Numbered from the stretch's first letter, positions 38,420-52,091 are shown. The stretch: 64,000 nt of DNA from Octopus sinensis (GCF_006345805.1 NC_043000.1:141608001-141672000), one strand, 5' to 3'. Notes: generated from the letters alone by a model not told the origin. Program-made: numbers and translations.

Positions 38420-39480
38420 GGGTCGGCTAACCAAGTTACTCTTATGGAATATGACCAAATAAGTTTTATTTTTCAATATAGTCACTCTTGCGGTCGTCTC
38501 TTGGTATTGCAGCTTTTGGAGCCTATTGGTAAAGAGGTTTTCATACTGTTCATTAAAAAGCCATCAACAGCAGATATGATGTTATCATTACCACGATACT
38601 GGTTTCCAGTTAAGTATTTTTTCACATTGGGAACCAGGTGGTAATCAGATGCGGCCAAATCAAGAGAATAGATTGAGTGATCAACCACTCCAAAGGCACA
38701 TAACGCACAACAGCCATTGAAACCAGGGAAATGTGTGTTGGAGCATTATCCTAAAGGAACTAGACCACTTCCGTGGGTTTCCCTGGGTGTTTGGTCTTGA
38801 TAGCCTTTCGCAACTACATCAATAAGTTGGTAGAGCTTGCTACATTGATAGTGCGGCTCTTTGTAAAATGGCCTATAAACACAATGTCTTTTTTGCATCC
38901 CAAAATATTGAGACCATCACTTTCCTTGCAGATGAAACGAACTCAACCTTCTTTTGAGCAGGTGAAGAGGTGTGTTTTCACTGCTTCTTTATTTTTGACT
39001 CAAAATGATGAAGCCAACACTCATCCTGGAATAGGAAATGTGCAAGAAAAGTAATTGGATCTGCCTCAAACGATGTAACATTTTCCCGTAATGTGATCAG
39101 GTGTCAGAAGACGTGACAGCCACCAAGCTTAAACCTTCGTCATGCCAAGTTTATTGTGCAGAATATTCTCAACTCTCTCACAGGATATGCTAAAAGCATT
39201 GGCTATTTGATTTATTGTCAAGCATCTATCAATCATTACCCTATGGTGAACACAATCAATATCTTCAGCGATGGCAGTGCAGAACGTGCATACATTGGTC
39301 ATCTTCGACACTATCTCTCCTTCTAAATTCAGATGCCCACTCTTGCACTGTTGATAAAGTGTTATCCCCTAATGTAGCAAGCATTTTAACGTGAACGGCT
39401 TCGAGGTTGCGCAGTTAAGCTGCAGGTACCTAATAGTAATGCGATGCCAAAATTTATTCCATTTCATAGAGAAATCACTA
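38420..39480 (-). mobile_element. Mariner (DD34D-type) transposon relic
   Basis: DIDCVHHRVMIDRCLTINQIA..ILHNKLGMTKV (HTH; WVP-like motif follows); VDHSIYSLDLAASDYHLVPNVKK (YSPDLAPxD-like). Ends approximate. Confidence 0.8.
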
Positions 39481-39696
39481 CTAGTTACATTTGAAGTCTT
39501 CTTTGAACAGTCTCATGTCAATTCACATGAAAAGAGGGAATGCAGTTATTTATGAGAAGACTTGAAATTGATCCATGCAAGATTTCACAGCTCTAGCATC
39601 ACTTCTTCACAGTCAGCTTATGGAGGTTTCAGCCCGACCCCGTCTACACACAAGTCCTCATATACACACACACATGCACGTGTACACACACACACA

Positions 39697-39744
<48 letters not shown>

Positions 39745-39745
<1 letters not shown>

Positions 39746-40127
39746 ATATAAAATTCGTTCTGTCTCTGTGCGTGTCTTCTAGGATCTCGGGCATCCTCCA
39801 TTCGATTGCGCACAAATTTGATTTGTAGATACCGACGGTATCTGGGCATGTATAAGTCTTGACAAAATTACAAATAAAAATTCCAGGGGAGAATGCGATC
39901 GATAAAGCCGTGGGAACATGGATTTGTGCGCGCAAGTACATCAGCTGTTGCGATCGATACTACGCGTACGCAAGAAAAATGCCCGGTGTCTCAAATTTAG
40001 GTTAAATCAGTGTTTCTCCAAGGGAAGGCCTATGGGACGGTCGGACAAGTTATTTTGAGAAAATTTGGTTTAAATGTTTAACCACTCAGCACCGTCCATT
40101 GGACGGGAGGGGGGGCGTTTTGCTCGT
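39745..40127 (+). mobile_element. Non-autonomous Helitron-like element
   Basis: Starts in (TA)n with ATATAAAATTCGTTCTGTCTCTGTG; subterminal hairpin CCGTCC-ATT-GGACGG (40092-40106) and CTCG|T end; no TSD. Confidence 0.5.
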
Positions 40128-40189
40128 ATATATATATCTATATATATATATATATATATATGAACATATGGTTAATGAGAGACGAAAGA

Positions 40190-40445
40190 AAGGTGGAAAA
40201 TTAAAGGATATAGCTTTAATTTGCTGCTATTCTTTACTAGAACTGAGCAAAAACATTGCAGAATTGTTATTTAAAAATGGTTGTATCTATTTATCACCCA
40301 AAAAGACAAATCTGCACCGTCGGATGGTCCTGAATCTCTTGCTAAGTATCCCACCTTTGAGGGATCGATGCAAGATGGGTCGAAACAATCGTAATGATTA
40401 ATAAAAATTCTCGTGTCTTTTATCTTCTGTCTCTCATTAAATATA
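40190..40445 (+). mobile_element. Short dispersed repeat resembling a PLE 3' terminus (copy 2)
   Basis: Homologous to 16895-17130; nested hairpins TCTTGC/GCAAGA and ATCCC/GGGAT before CGAAAC. Confidence 0.55.
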
Positions 40446-40519
40446 TACATAATGAACACTGAAAGTGATCGTGCTTTGGCAATAATTTACCAAGCATAAA
40501 CCACTCGATTTATTTTCTA

Positions 40520-40567
<48 letters not shown>

Positions 40568-40617
40568 GTAATAATAATAATAGTAGTAATAATAATAATA
40601 ATAATTAATAATAATAA

Positions 40618-41612
40618 GATATTCTGAATAATAAATGGCAAGAAAAACCTCTCTATGGCAAATACCCAAAGAGAGCGAATAATGCAGATATCGACAAAGC
40701 CCTGACCCATCAATGGCTAATGGCCTCTGGCTTAAAATCTGAAACAGAGGGGTTTATTATAGCAGCTCAAGATCAATGCCTACCAACAAGAAACTACCAG
40801 GCCAACATATTAAAGAACGGCAGTAGCCCAACATGTCGTGTATGCTGACAACAAAATGAAACCATTGACCATGTTGTCTCCAAATGCAGTCTTCTATCGC
40901 CTACAGAGTACCTCAGTAGGCATGATAGAGCTGCACAATATATTCACTGGGTAATTTGCAAACACCTGGATTTGCCCCATGAAAAAAACTGGTGGGAACA
41001 CAATCCACCTCCTGTGCTTGAAAATGACCACATCTCACTCCTCTGGAACTTCACCATTCAAACTGAATAGGAAGATAGATGCAAATAGGCCAGGCATTAT
41101 ATTGAAAGACTTCAGACAAAGAACATGCCTCCTCATTGATATGACTGTCCCAATCGATATAAACGTATCTGTCAAGACCTACCAAAAACTGAGCAAATAT
41201 AAAGATCTTGAAATAGAAATCAGCAAAATGTGGAAGCTGAAGACTAAAACAATACCTGTTGTCATAGGTGCCCTGGGAATGATAGCGAAAGGGACTGATT
41301 GCTACCTAACTCAGATACCAGGAAACCCCAAAATGGCAGAAATTCAAAAGTTAGTGCTCATGAGAACTGCTCATATCCTACGCAAAATACTCTCTATGTA
41401 ATCCCAAGGTTTAAAACAAACTTTTTTTTTATTTATTTATTTTTCTTTTTTTTATGTATTAGACATTCACTAGTACAACACCAAAAAACCCAAAAAAAAA
41501 CAAAAAAAAAACCCCAAATATATGGCACAGAACTTCCAACCTGTTGTCTCTTGAGGTCTCTGGGTGAGACTTGGAGCCAACTTGTACAGACATAAAGCAA
41601 AAGTCAAACATA

Positions 41613-41613
<1 letters not shown>
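40618..41613 (+). mobile_element. R4/Dong-clade LINE 3' end flanked by (TAA)n on both sides
   Basis: RLE ORF 40979-41401 (DANRPGIILKD..IDMTVP..KYKDLEIE..TAHILRKIL); (TAA)n at 40520-40617 and 41614-41727. Confidence 0.92.
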
Positions 41614-41662
<49 letters not shown>

Positions 41663-41674
41663 GTAGTAATAATG

Positions 41675-41728
<54 letters not shown>

Positions 41729-42207
41729 TATGTACAAGTGTATATATGCATAGATATATATTATGTACATATGTACACACACACGCACATACCAAAAAAT
41801 GGTAAATAATACCATTCATGTATGTGATCGGCTTGAAAATGTGTTAAGATATTAAGATATTTTCTTATTTTTCAATGCATGAAACCTATAGTAGTATTCA
41901 TTCACAAATAAAGACATATATATGTGTGTGTATGTATGTGTATGTGTGTGCATGTATGTGTGTGCGCGCGTGTGTGTGTATAAATACCTGTGCCTGTGTT
42001 GATGCATATGTCTGTGTCTCCGTTGCTATGTATGCCTATATTTACGTGTGTCCATTCCTGTATTTCACAGGTGTAAAATGATGTAAAACAGCGAATGATG
42101 TAAATATTGGTGGCAAAATCAATAAACTAGGTCTTTCGAACGAAAATCTCTTATGTGATAGATAGATAGATCGATCGATCGATCGATAGATAGACAGACA
42201 GACAGAC

Positions 42208-42258
<51 letters not shown>

Positions 42259-42296
42259 AAATAGAAAGAGAGAGAGATACATACACACATACATAC

Positions 42297-42335
<39 letters not shown>

Positions 42336-44085
42336 CATACATACTCACGTACGTACATGACAAAAACAAATAACGCTAAGATGCGTTCACTTACGACTAG
42401 AATTATGTCGGCGTATCGCCTTAGCCGTAACTTATGCTAACTCATCTTTTTTTTACTAGATAACGTGAGAAGACGCAAATTTCTGAAGGTTGCTACAGAT
42501 CTATCCACCACTAAAACGATATTCAGATATTTTCACATTATCTAACATATTTAAATTCACCTAGAGCTAATACATGGGCATATTTTTGCAATTAACTTAT
42601 ATCAAAAACGATTACTCCATTAAAGACTTTAGCGTTTGAATGGAACGATAATGCAATATTTTTGATAAAGCGTTACGTTTCTTACACCAATGCGCGTGCG
42701 TGACATGTATACAAAATTGCTCACCTAACTTCAATGCATCTGTAGCAATTTTAATTTATTTACATTGCTGATTCTCACGATAAAGCACATTGAGCCGCTA
42801 CATTTAGAGATTTTCTCTTTGAATGAGTGCATCTTACAATCATACACTTCACAGTGCAAATGACTAGAAGTCATATTAATTCAAAGAAATTAACGGAAAT
42901 AAAGTGCCAATCTGGAATAGTACTAGGAGCAGCGGCGAAAGAGGACACGAATCACGTAGTATATTATTTAGTCATTCATCACTATTTTTAGTAGTATTCA
43001 CTTTCAGAATGCTCCCTTGAAGAAAATCTTGGAAATCTCATGAATATTTCAATTTTCGCAATTTTTTCTTGCGTGATAATTGCCACAACAACAAAAAGAA
43101 AGGAAGCGAAAACAACTACAAAACTTGTTACCATTAATACATGTCCCAGCAGCTATTCATAAATAAAATCTCTGAACAAAGATTGTTTGAATAATTGACA
43201 TTTTAATTTCATCTTTTTTCGCTTTATTTTGCATGGATGACAAAGACAGTTTGAACTTCACCTCGAGCTTAACAACAGTTTAACTGATAAACTAAGACGA
43301 TATTAGTACTTTCTGTCTTCCTACAAAATGAACAAAATATCAAATTTCAATGAACTCAGGGATACCCTGATATAAATACAAAGAGATGAAGCTCTGGACT
43401 TGATCGATGACATATATCGTTTTAGTCTAGTTTTAACAAAATATCAATTCGGTATTAAATGGATCGAAGTACAGAAATATAATGTTTTTTCGTCATGTCT
43501 TTTGTTTGAACCTCGATAAAATATGACTGGAATTATGAAAGAGTGTTTCTAATGCGAATCTAAGTGTTATATTCTTAGTCTACTGAAAGAAAATAGAACA
43601 TCTTCTGAAATCCTTGATAACGTAAATGTAGACGAAACCAGTTGGATTTCTGAGACTACAAGCTGCTTGCACTAGTGGTGTTTGATGGCCTGCTAAGATC
43701 TCATGATCAGAGCAGAGCCAATATATATTATTTAGAAGAACTGGGGTAATTAGAAAATATTACTGAAGATTAATTATTGCCTTCCATATAAACCTGTACA
43801 TGAGGAAGATTTACAAAATCATTAAGCTGTCAGTTCAGAACCAGTGCTCGTCTTCAAGCTTTAATACTTTGAACTCTTTATTCATAAATAATAGCGCATC
43901 TCATAAGCACGAAAATTGATTTATTGGTAAAATGGTTACTAAATGATGATTTTCAAATTGGATAACTAGAAAATTGGAATATATATATATTTGACATGCT
44001 TGTATTTATAAGCATCGATGTGTAAAGAAAATCAATGAAAAGTATGTTTATATATCTACATAGCAGAAAAGTAATGGGTTTGTAT

Positions 44086-44175
<90 letters not shown>

Positions 44176-44233
44176 CGTGTGTGTGTATATATTTATATCT
44201 ATATGTATGTATATATATATATATATATATATT

Positions 44234-45869
44234 TGTCTCTCTCTCTCTCACTTTTACTTGATCTGTCCCCTTCTGTCTCTACTCATCCTCTTTTTCTCTT
44301 CTCTTTCCTCTGATTCTTTGGTCTAATCTTCCACTACCCTCCTATTTCTTTGTCTCGCTCTGCACTCACAGGTCGCTCTTCGACCCATCCCTTCTCCTCT
44401 CTGATTCTTTCTTTCTCTCTCTTCTCTCTCTTTGTTGCGTTTGTCCCTCCTCTCTCTCTCTCCTCTCTCTCTCTCTTCCGTTGCTTCTCTTTCTTTTCTT
44501 TTCTCTCTTCTCTGTCACGTGACTGCTGGCCGAAATCTGCCTTTCAGCTTCTGACCAGCGTCGTGTTAACATCGTTGTTTTTCGTCCGCCGCTATAGGCA
44601 TCGCCGATAAGGCTCCTTTCCTTGCGCCAGAGAAAAAACTTGTTTGCTTGTTATCAGTCGTAAGACACTTATTGTTGTTTTCACCGTTAATGCTTCTGTA
44701 TTTCATGTTTCTGTATTCCATTATTTTTTTGTTTTGTTATATTCGTCCCTTTTGCTGTCCTGGTGTCCGTATGCATTCGATCCTTCTTCCAGGAAATCTA
44801 CGCTCCCAGCTTAGTTTTTCTAATGCTCGTTGCTTAGTTTTTCTTGGAGGGCTGGCCGTGATCTAGTAATCTCAAGATTAATCAGCCGAAATTACTACGA
44901 TGATCCGGTTCTTGACTGAAGACTGAGGGTTTCGAATGTCCTGTCCGTGTTTATTGTATCGTCTTCTTGAGTTATACGTTCTTGTCCATGTTGTATTTTT
45001 CTACATACCTTAACATATATTCCAGGCGCCACGTACCCTCTTAACATTAATGTGAGCACATAGTCTTAATAACTGGTACGACTCTTTGTTTGTCTCTCTC
45101 TCTCTCTCACTTTTACTTGATCTGTCCCCTTCTCTCTCTACTCATCCTCTTTTTCTCTTCTCTTTCCTCTGATTCTTTGGTCTAATCTTCCACTACCCTC
45201 CTATTTCTTTGTCTCGCTCTGCACTCACAGGTCGCTCTTCGACACCATCCCTTCTCCTCTCTGTTTCCTTCTTTCTCTCTCTCTCTCTCTTTGTTGCGTT
45301 TGTCCCTCCTCTCTCTCTCTCTCTCTCTCTCTTCCGTTGCTTCTCTTTCTTTTCTTTTCTCTCTTCTCTGTCACGTGACTGCTGGCCGAAATCTGCCTTT
45401 CAGCTTCTGACCAGCGTCGTGTTAACATCGTTGTGTTTCGTCCGCCGCTATAGGCATCGCCGATAAGGCTCCTTTCCTTGCGCCAGAGAAAAAATTTGTT
45501 TGCTTGTTATCAGTCGTAAGACACTTGTTGTTGTTTTCACCGTTAATGCTTCTGTATTTCATGTTTCTGTATTCATTATTTTTTTGTTTTTTATATTCGT
45601 CCCTTTTGCTGTCCTGGTGTCCGTATGCATTCGATCCTTCTTCCAGGAAATCTACGCTCCCAGCTTAGTTTTTCTAATGCTCGTTGCTTAGTTTTTCTTG
45701 GAGGGCTGGCCGTGATCTAGTAATCTCAAGATTAATCAGCCGAAATTACTACGATGATCCGGTTCTTGACTGAAGACTGAGGGTTTCGAATGTCCTGTCC
45801 GTGTTTATTGTATCGTCTTCTTGAGTTATACGTTCTTGTCCATGTTGTATTTTTCTACATACCTTAACA
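44234..45869. mobile_element. Pair of ~780 bp direct repeats (44234-45015, 45091-45869) with a 75 bp spacer, inside (TA)n
   Basis: Near-identical repeats visible directly; TG...CA termini; non-coding. Confidence 0.85.
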
Positions 45870-46374
45870 TATATATATATATATATATATAACAAAGTAA
45901 AGTTGTAAGATACCGCACGAGTGGAAATATATATGAAAGGAGGTTTGAAAATGAAATTTTAAAGTTGTTTATTCACTTGACCAGTTTCACTTTTTTAGAA
46001 AAAGATTGTCAAACGTAAAATGTAAAGCTTTGTATAAAATACATATATACATTCTTTGATAATAATAAAAAAAATGTTAAAAACAGATTACAAGAAAGTA
46101 TTTAAGAAACGGATGGTGAATGGGGAAAATGAGAACAGAATTGTTAGTGAAACTACGTCGGCCTTCTGAAGTTACTGATAAAAATCCACGTTTTATAAAG
46201 TGCATGAAGAAGTTGCTACAAAGTCGTATCACGTGGTGACTTGACAATGATTGATCAGTTAATCAGCTGATAGCGAGACACGACAGTGATCTCTGTGTGT
46301 CAAGCGAATCTGCTACAACTGTATTTACGTGGTGAACGTCTACCAAAGTCAGTACACACGCACACACGCGAAAA

Positions 46375-46975
46375 CAACACACATACTGTTGTCCACTATG
46401 TACTCCCCACACAATACAAGGTATCATAAAAGTTGAAGCACCTGAAAGGGCAATCACAAAAAAGATAGATGGCATGACAGGCCTCGACTATTGGGGTCGA
46501 CTAGAAAAGCTAAAACTTTATTCTCTCCAACGTCGTCGTGAGCGCTACATCATCTGCATGATGTGGAAAATATTCCATCAGCATTGCCCAAATGATGTTG
46601 GCATCACCTTTAAGGTACATCCAAGGCTTGGGCCCCGTGCCATCCGCCCAAAACAAAAATCGCACTCTCATCGCATAACAACAATACGGCACAATTATTT
46701 CACCTCAATTGGCCCCGCTCTCTTTAACATTACACCAAAACACATTAAAACAGAAACTGACCCTATAGGGTTCAAGAAGTCTTTGGACAGATTCCTTCAA
46801 GAAATCCCGGATAAACCCCCTACACCCGGATATGTCTCTGTAAATAATAACTCTCTACTTCAGTGGGCCATAGTGCCCAAATTCTGACTTGAAAGACTTC
46901 ACCAGGTGGTGCTATTAAGTTAGACATGGCCTGGGCCAATAATGGCCGAAACCTATCAAAGTATCAAAGTATCAC
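46375..46975 (+). mobile_element. CR1-group LINE 3' end
   Basis: YCCPLCTPH..AITKKIDGMTGLDYWGRLEKLKLYSLQRRRERYII..GPALFN..FKKSLDRFL..IPDKP; short tandem tail AAAGTATC x2. Confidence 0.85.
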
Positions 46976-47381
46976 ATAGATATAAATATAAATATAAATA
47001 TATATATATATATTTTGTCTTATATGTAAGTACATATTTCTTTAAACTTGCTACGACTCTATAACACTGTCTCTCACCCCTCTCCTATATTTCTCTGCCT
47101 TACTCACTTTGCTCTCCACTTTGATCTGTCTCTTTCTCGCTCTCTCTCTCTCTTCTTCTCCTGCTTGGTTCCTTGTTCCCCTTTTTCTCTCTCTTCTCCC
47201 CCTCCTTAATTCCTCTGTACCTCTTTTCCTCTCTCTTCTCCTCACAAGTGACTGACTGACCGATTGCCGCCCTTTCTGCTTAGCAGTCGTCGCGGCAAGA
47301 CACATTTACGAAAACCAGAAAAGTACGTATTAAAGGATTTCAAAACATCGCTATTTGGTTTGATTTCATTATTATAACTAA

Positions 47382-47589
47382 TAAGGCAGCGAGGTGGAAG
47401 AATTGTTAGCACGTTGGACGAAATGCTTAGCGGTATTTCGCCCGTCATTACGTTCTGAGTTCAAATTCCTTTCATCCTTTCAGGGTCGGGGAAATAAATA
47501 CCAGTTGAGCATTGGGGTCGAGGTAATAGACTACTAGCCTCCCTCCGCTCAACATTTCAGACCTGGTGCCTAGAGTAGAAAGGATTATT
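47382..47589 (+). mobile_element. SINE family B with internal deletion
   Basis: GGCAGCGAGGTGG..TTAGCACG..GAGTTCAAATTCC..CATCCTTTCAGGGTCG..tail GTGCCTAGAGTAGAAAGGATTATTA. Confidence 0.8.
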
Positions 47590-47740
47590 ACAACTAATAC
47601 GATTTGATGCCAATACAAACTAGCTGTCGTCAATCCAATTAAGCGCTAACAGCGATTTCGATTAGGTTTTTATTTTTGACTTGAGTCAAAATGTTTGGTG
47701 CCACGAGTTTCTTCTTAGCCAAACACGAAACACACACACA

Positions 47741-47821
<81 letters not shown>

Positions 47822-48212
47822 TCTATCTATCTAACATGTTTCTGATTTTCGACTAGATGAAATTTCAGCTTAAGTTGTTTGTCAGTTTATATAGGCTGAT
47901 TATTTGCCAGTATGTTACATGGTGATCAAATGTGGCTCGGTCTAGATTTCCTTTACCGGGTGATTAGCATTATCCATTTGGCATTAGACGGAATTTGAAG
48001 TCAGGCCACATGAAACGAAAACATTCTACAAGGAAACATGTTTGACGTTCTTACACTTACAAGAAACGAATACTAGACTGCTATGGTATTTATCGAAACT
48101 GAAAGAAGAAAGAGAAAATTTGACTTTGGTTGTATTTGAACTGAGAAGGGAAGAGTCTGGAGACTGAACTGGAAATTAGTCAGTCTGAATCTTTTTATTC
48201 TTTCTTTTTATT

Positions 48213-48607
48213 CTTTTCTTTTACTTGTTTCAGTCATTTGACTGCGGCCATGCTGGAGCAACGCCTTTTAGTCGAGCAAATCGACCCCGGTACTTATTCT
48301 TTGTAAGCCCAGTACTTATTCTATCGGTCTCTTTTTGCCGAACCGCTAAGTGACGGGGACGTAAACACACCAGCATCGGTTGTCAAGCAAAGCTAGGGGG
48401 ACAAACACAGACACACAAACACACACACATATATATATACATATATACGACAGGCTTCTTTCAGTTTCTGTCTACCAAATCCACTCACAAGGCATTGGTC
48501 GGCCCGGGGCTATAGCAGAAGACACTTACCCAAGATGCCACGCAGTGGGACTGAACCCGGAACCATGTGGTTGGTAAGGAAGTTACTTACCACACAGCCA
48601 CTCCTGT
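48213..48607 (-). mobile_element. SINE family A, complete
   Basis: Full head, short internal (TA)(TG) tract, full tail. Confidence 0.88.
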
Positions 48608-49221
48608 ATAGGAAGTCTGTAATAATTCTTCCGTCTTTTTCTACCTTTCTCTCTATATATGCTGTTGTGTCTGGGGAAAGTCATTTTCTTTTTGTGCTTT
48701 ATAATATAACACACTCACCGGTAAAATTTCCACTTATTTCTTATTTTTATTTTCCTACAATTTTCGTTGCGTCTTGCAACATTTCCAATAATCTTGACTC
48801 TCTATATATATGCATATACGTATACAGGTATATACGCGCAACTTAGACATGTGGGCATGTTAAAAAAACAACTGGAAAATCAAGATAGAACGTTATTGCT
48901 GTGGCAGTGAAAATAAAAAGAAAGAGGAATAATAGAGTGCACGGGATCAAAGTATTTAAAGAAAAGAGCAAAATCAGCAGTTTAAATAGTGTAAAAAAGA
49001 ATTCCTTTCACGTTAAGCCCAAGACAAACGTGTCTATTCATATAACACATGCATAAACACTCAAATGGATAGAGAAAGTTTTAAATGTGCTACTACTTAC
49101 ATAACTAGAACTAGTAAATTCGGTGGTGAATACAAACGATGATAAAACGCAACTATTCAATCACAGTCAACCATTGTCATATTTAAGTACGCACACACAT
49201 ACTCATACACATATAGACACA

Positions 49222-49266
<45 letters not shown>

Positions 49267-49271
<5 letters not shown>

Positions 49272-49472
49272 ATTCGTTAGCTACTGCACGCATTTTTTTT
49301 CTCTCCTTCTTTCTGTGTTTTTTTTCTCTCTGTGTATCTTTCTGTTGAAGAGCGTAGGCTCGAAACGTTAAAGACTTGTTTTATTTATATTTCCTGAGCG
49401 CCATACTAATACAATTGTTCTTTTGTTTTCCACCTGCCTTCGTCTTTTGTCTATTTTCATAAAGCTTCCCGT
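49267..49472 (+). mobile_element. Extreme 3' end (~205 bp) of the 3804 PLE family, inside (TA)n
   Basis: Reverse complement of 3804-4009; contains the hammerhead. Confidence 0.9.
49337..49374 (+). ncRNA. Minimal hammerhead, variant core CUGUUGA (third identical copy)
   Basis: TCTTTCTGTTGAAGAGCGTAGGCTCGAAACGTTAAAGA. Confidence 0.7.
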
Positions 49473-49498
49473 TATATATATATATATATATATAATAT

Positions 49499-49554
<56 letters not shown>

Positions 49555-51182
49555 CATAGATATATATTTACACACATATATTGATAGATGCATATATGCA
49601 TACATATGTATGTATGTGTGTACACACGTATATGTGAATGTACCATTTACATCATGTAGAAGAACACTATTGCTCCTATACAGAACTCTTAAAAGAGCAT
49701 TCCATTTATTTTCTCTTTACGTAGCAAATTTTTGTCGCGCCCCTCCCTGTTATTGATACTCTTCGACTTCAACTACATAATATATATATACGCACACACT
49801 ACACACGCGTTCCAATGCGTATATATATACACACACACACCTACTCTACACACTCTACTCACAATTAAATATCTCGATGGTTGTCAAAAATATCCTCGAA
49901 GCCAAGCAAACTGTTAAGTCTACGCTTGTTAGCTACTACATATCATTTATGCTTTGATTTAAATAATGTTTCGAATTATTTCACTGTATTGTTGAATCAT
50001 TTTTTTTTTATGCAAGAAGAAAATCGATATTCCATTCTTATTGTGACTTAGATCAATCTGCTTCACGTAATGTTATTTCATCCGGGTTGTCCAAATGTCA
50101 CACTTCCTACCACGGCAGAGTGATTATGATGTATCAAACAAAGAAACAAATAAATAAATTACAATACATCTGACAACAGTCTGTCTGCAGGAGACGCTTG
50201 AAAGAAACCGACAAATGTTATTAAAACGATTCCTCTATCTTCAATAAGCACTTTGATTACAGTGAGTTGTATATTATTTCTTTGAAAATTACTATAAAAC
50301 ATAAACACGTATACATAGGTTCGAGACCCAGTGAATCTCCATAATATTTATATTTTGCCGTATGAATTATGAAATACATAAAAATGAATTTAATACATAG
50401 TCATATGTTTATACACGGTCGTAATACACGATCATATGTTTCTCTCTAATGGTCTTTTAAAAGACTAAGAGGTGTTTTCAAATGATGAAATTATATTATA
50501 TAATGGCCTAAAAACACGAATTTTGCATATATAGTAAGAATGGACAAAGGTGATTTATATATTATAATTGAAATGAGTAGAGATGGGAGATAAACGGCGG
50601 CAGAAAAATTGTCGCTAGAAATAGAAAGATGCATTTCTGCAAATGTTTCTGCAGAATTGCAATTATATAAAGGAGGGAAATAAAGAAAACATTCATAATT
50701 AAACACAGTTAGAAAGTCCGAAACAAATGAATGCAAATGCATTGTGAAGTATAAATAATGAATAGAAGCAAGGATCGAGACGGCTGCATAGCTAAGTGGA
50801 ATTTAATTCTGTGTATAATTGTGAAAACCACAAAGACAAACTTACTTGTAAAGTATGAAAACAAAAAAGTATAAATTTTATAAATAAGTTAGTATTAATT
50901 AAGTGTAATGTAGTTATAATCGAAAGTTTATAATTAATTATAATAAACAAATAGGAAATCCAAATAACTACAAATGTCATGTTTTAATTAAATTATATTA
51001 TATTTCTAGGTTTACTACATTTGTTTTAAATCTCAATATAAATTATTCATGCGTTTACCCCTTACAATAACACATCCATTTCTGAACAAACATATTAGAA
51101 TTTTATGCATCTTGTCACTATAAACTTAATTTACAGCTACCCATCTATTATAAGTTTACATACTGTTCTCGTTTGGTTAAAT

Positions 51183-51215
<33 letters not shown>

Positions 51216-51221
<6 letters not shown>

Positions 51222-51821
51222 AATCCAAAATGGAAACAAAAAAACAACAACAACAGGAACAATTACAGTATATTATTAATAGGCGCTCAGGAGATGGAAG
51301 CAGGGAGGTATGACGTTTCGAGCGGAGCTCTCTTCGTCGGAAACATAAAGAAGGAGAGAGGGAAAGAAAGATCCCAAGCGGGCAACAGGGAAAGAGAAAA
51401 AAGACGACTGGTGTTTACGAGTTGCACATGGTGAAAGGCGGATGTTGACGATAACAAGAGCAAAGTGGGTTTTTAAGGCAAAAGAGTGGAGACAGGTTGG
51501 TAACCCAACAGATGTGTGTGTATGTGTGAGTGTGTGCGTGTTCGTGTGTGTATGTGTGTGTGTGAGGCGAGATGAAAAAACAAAAATATGTGTGTGTTAG
51601 TGTGTGCGTCTGTGTGTAGGCGTGTGAGGTAGGGCGAGACTAAGGTCAGGAAGAATGGTAACAATAATCCGTAGGTGCAAAAAATCCGAGAGTTGGTATC
51701 CAAGGTACAGGGGTCCGTGTAGGCGCGCAGTGGTATAATTTTAATCCAAAGGGAAACAAAAAAACAACAACACAGGAACAATTACAGTATTATTATTAAT
51801 AGGCGCTCAGGAGATGGAAGC
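51216..51821 (-). mobile_element. Non-coding PLE-type partial tandem (~521 bp period, ~1.2 units) with one hammerhead; retrozyme-like
   Basis: 51216-51301 repeated at 51737-51821; HHR-like CCGACGA-AGA-GAGC(TCC)GCTC-GAAAC-GTC at ~51307-51345; (TA)n on both flanks. Confidence 0.75.
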
Positions 51822-51826
51822 ATATA

Positions 51827-51857
<31 letters not shown>

Positions 51858-51913
51858 CATATATATACATAAATATGCATATATATATGTGCATACATAT
51901 ATATACATACATA

Positions 51914-51961
<48 letters not shown>

Positions 51962-52045
51962 GTATAAGACATCTCATGTCTATATGTACAAATACGCATA
52001 TAAGCGTCTGTATATAAATATATATGTGTATGTGTGTGTATGTAT

Positions 52046-52091
<46 letters not shown>

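Noticed and set aside
44905-44945. CTGAAGA..TTCGAATGTC hammerhead-like motif in the direct repeats (also ~45765)
   Set aside because: No stem II or stem I can be formed and GAAA is absent on +; the minus-strand GAAAC-CCTCA-GTC has no CUGANGA partner.
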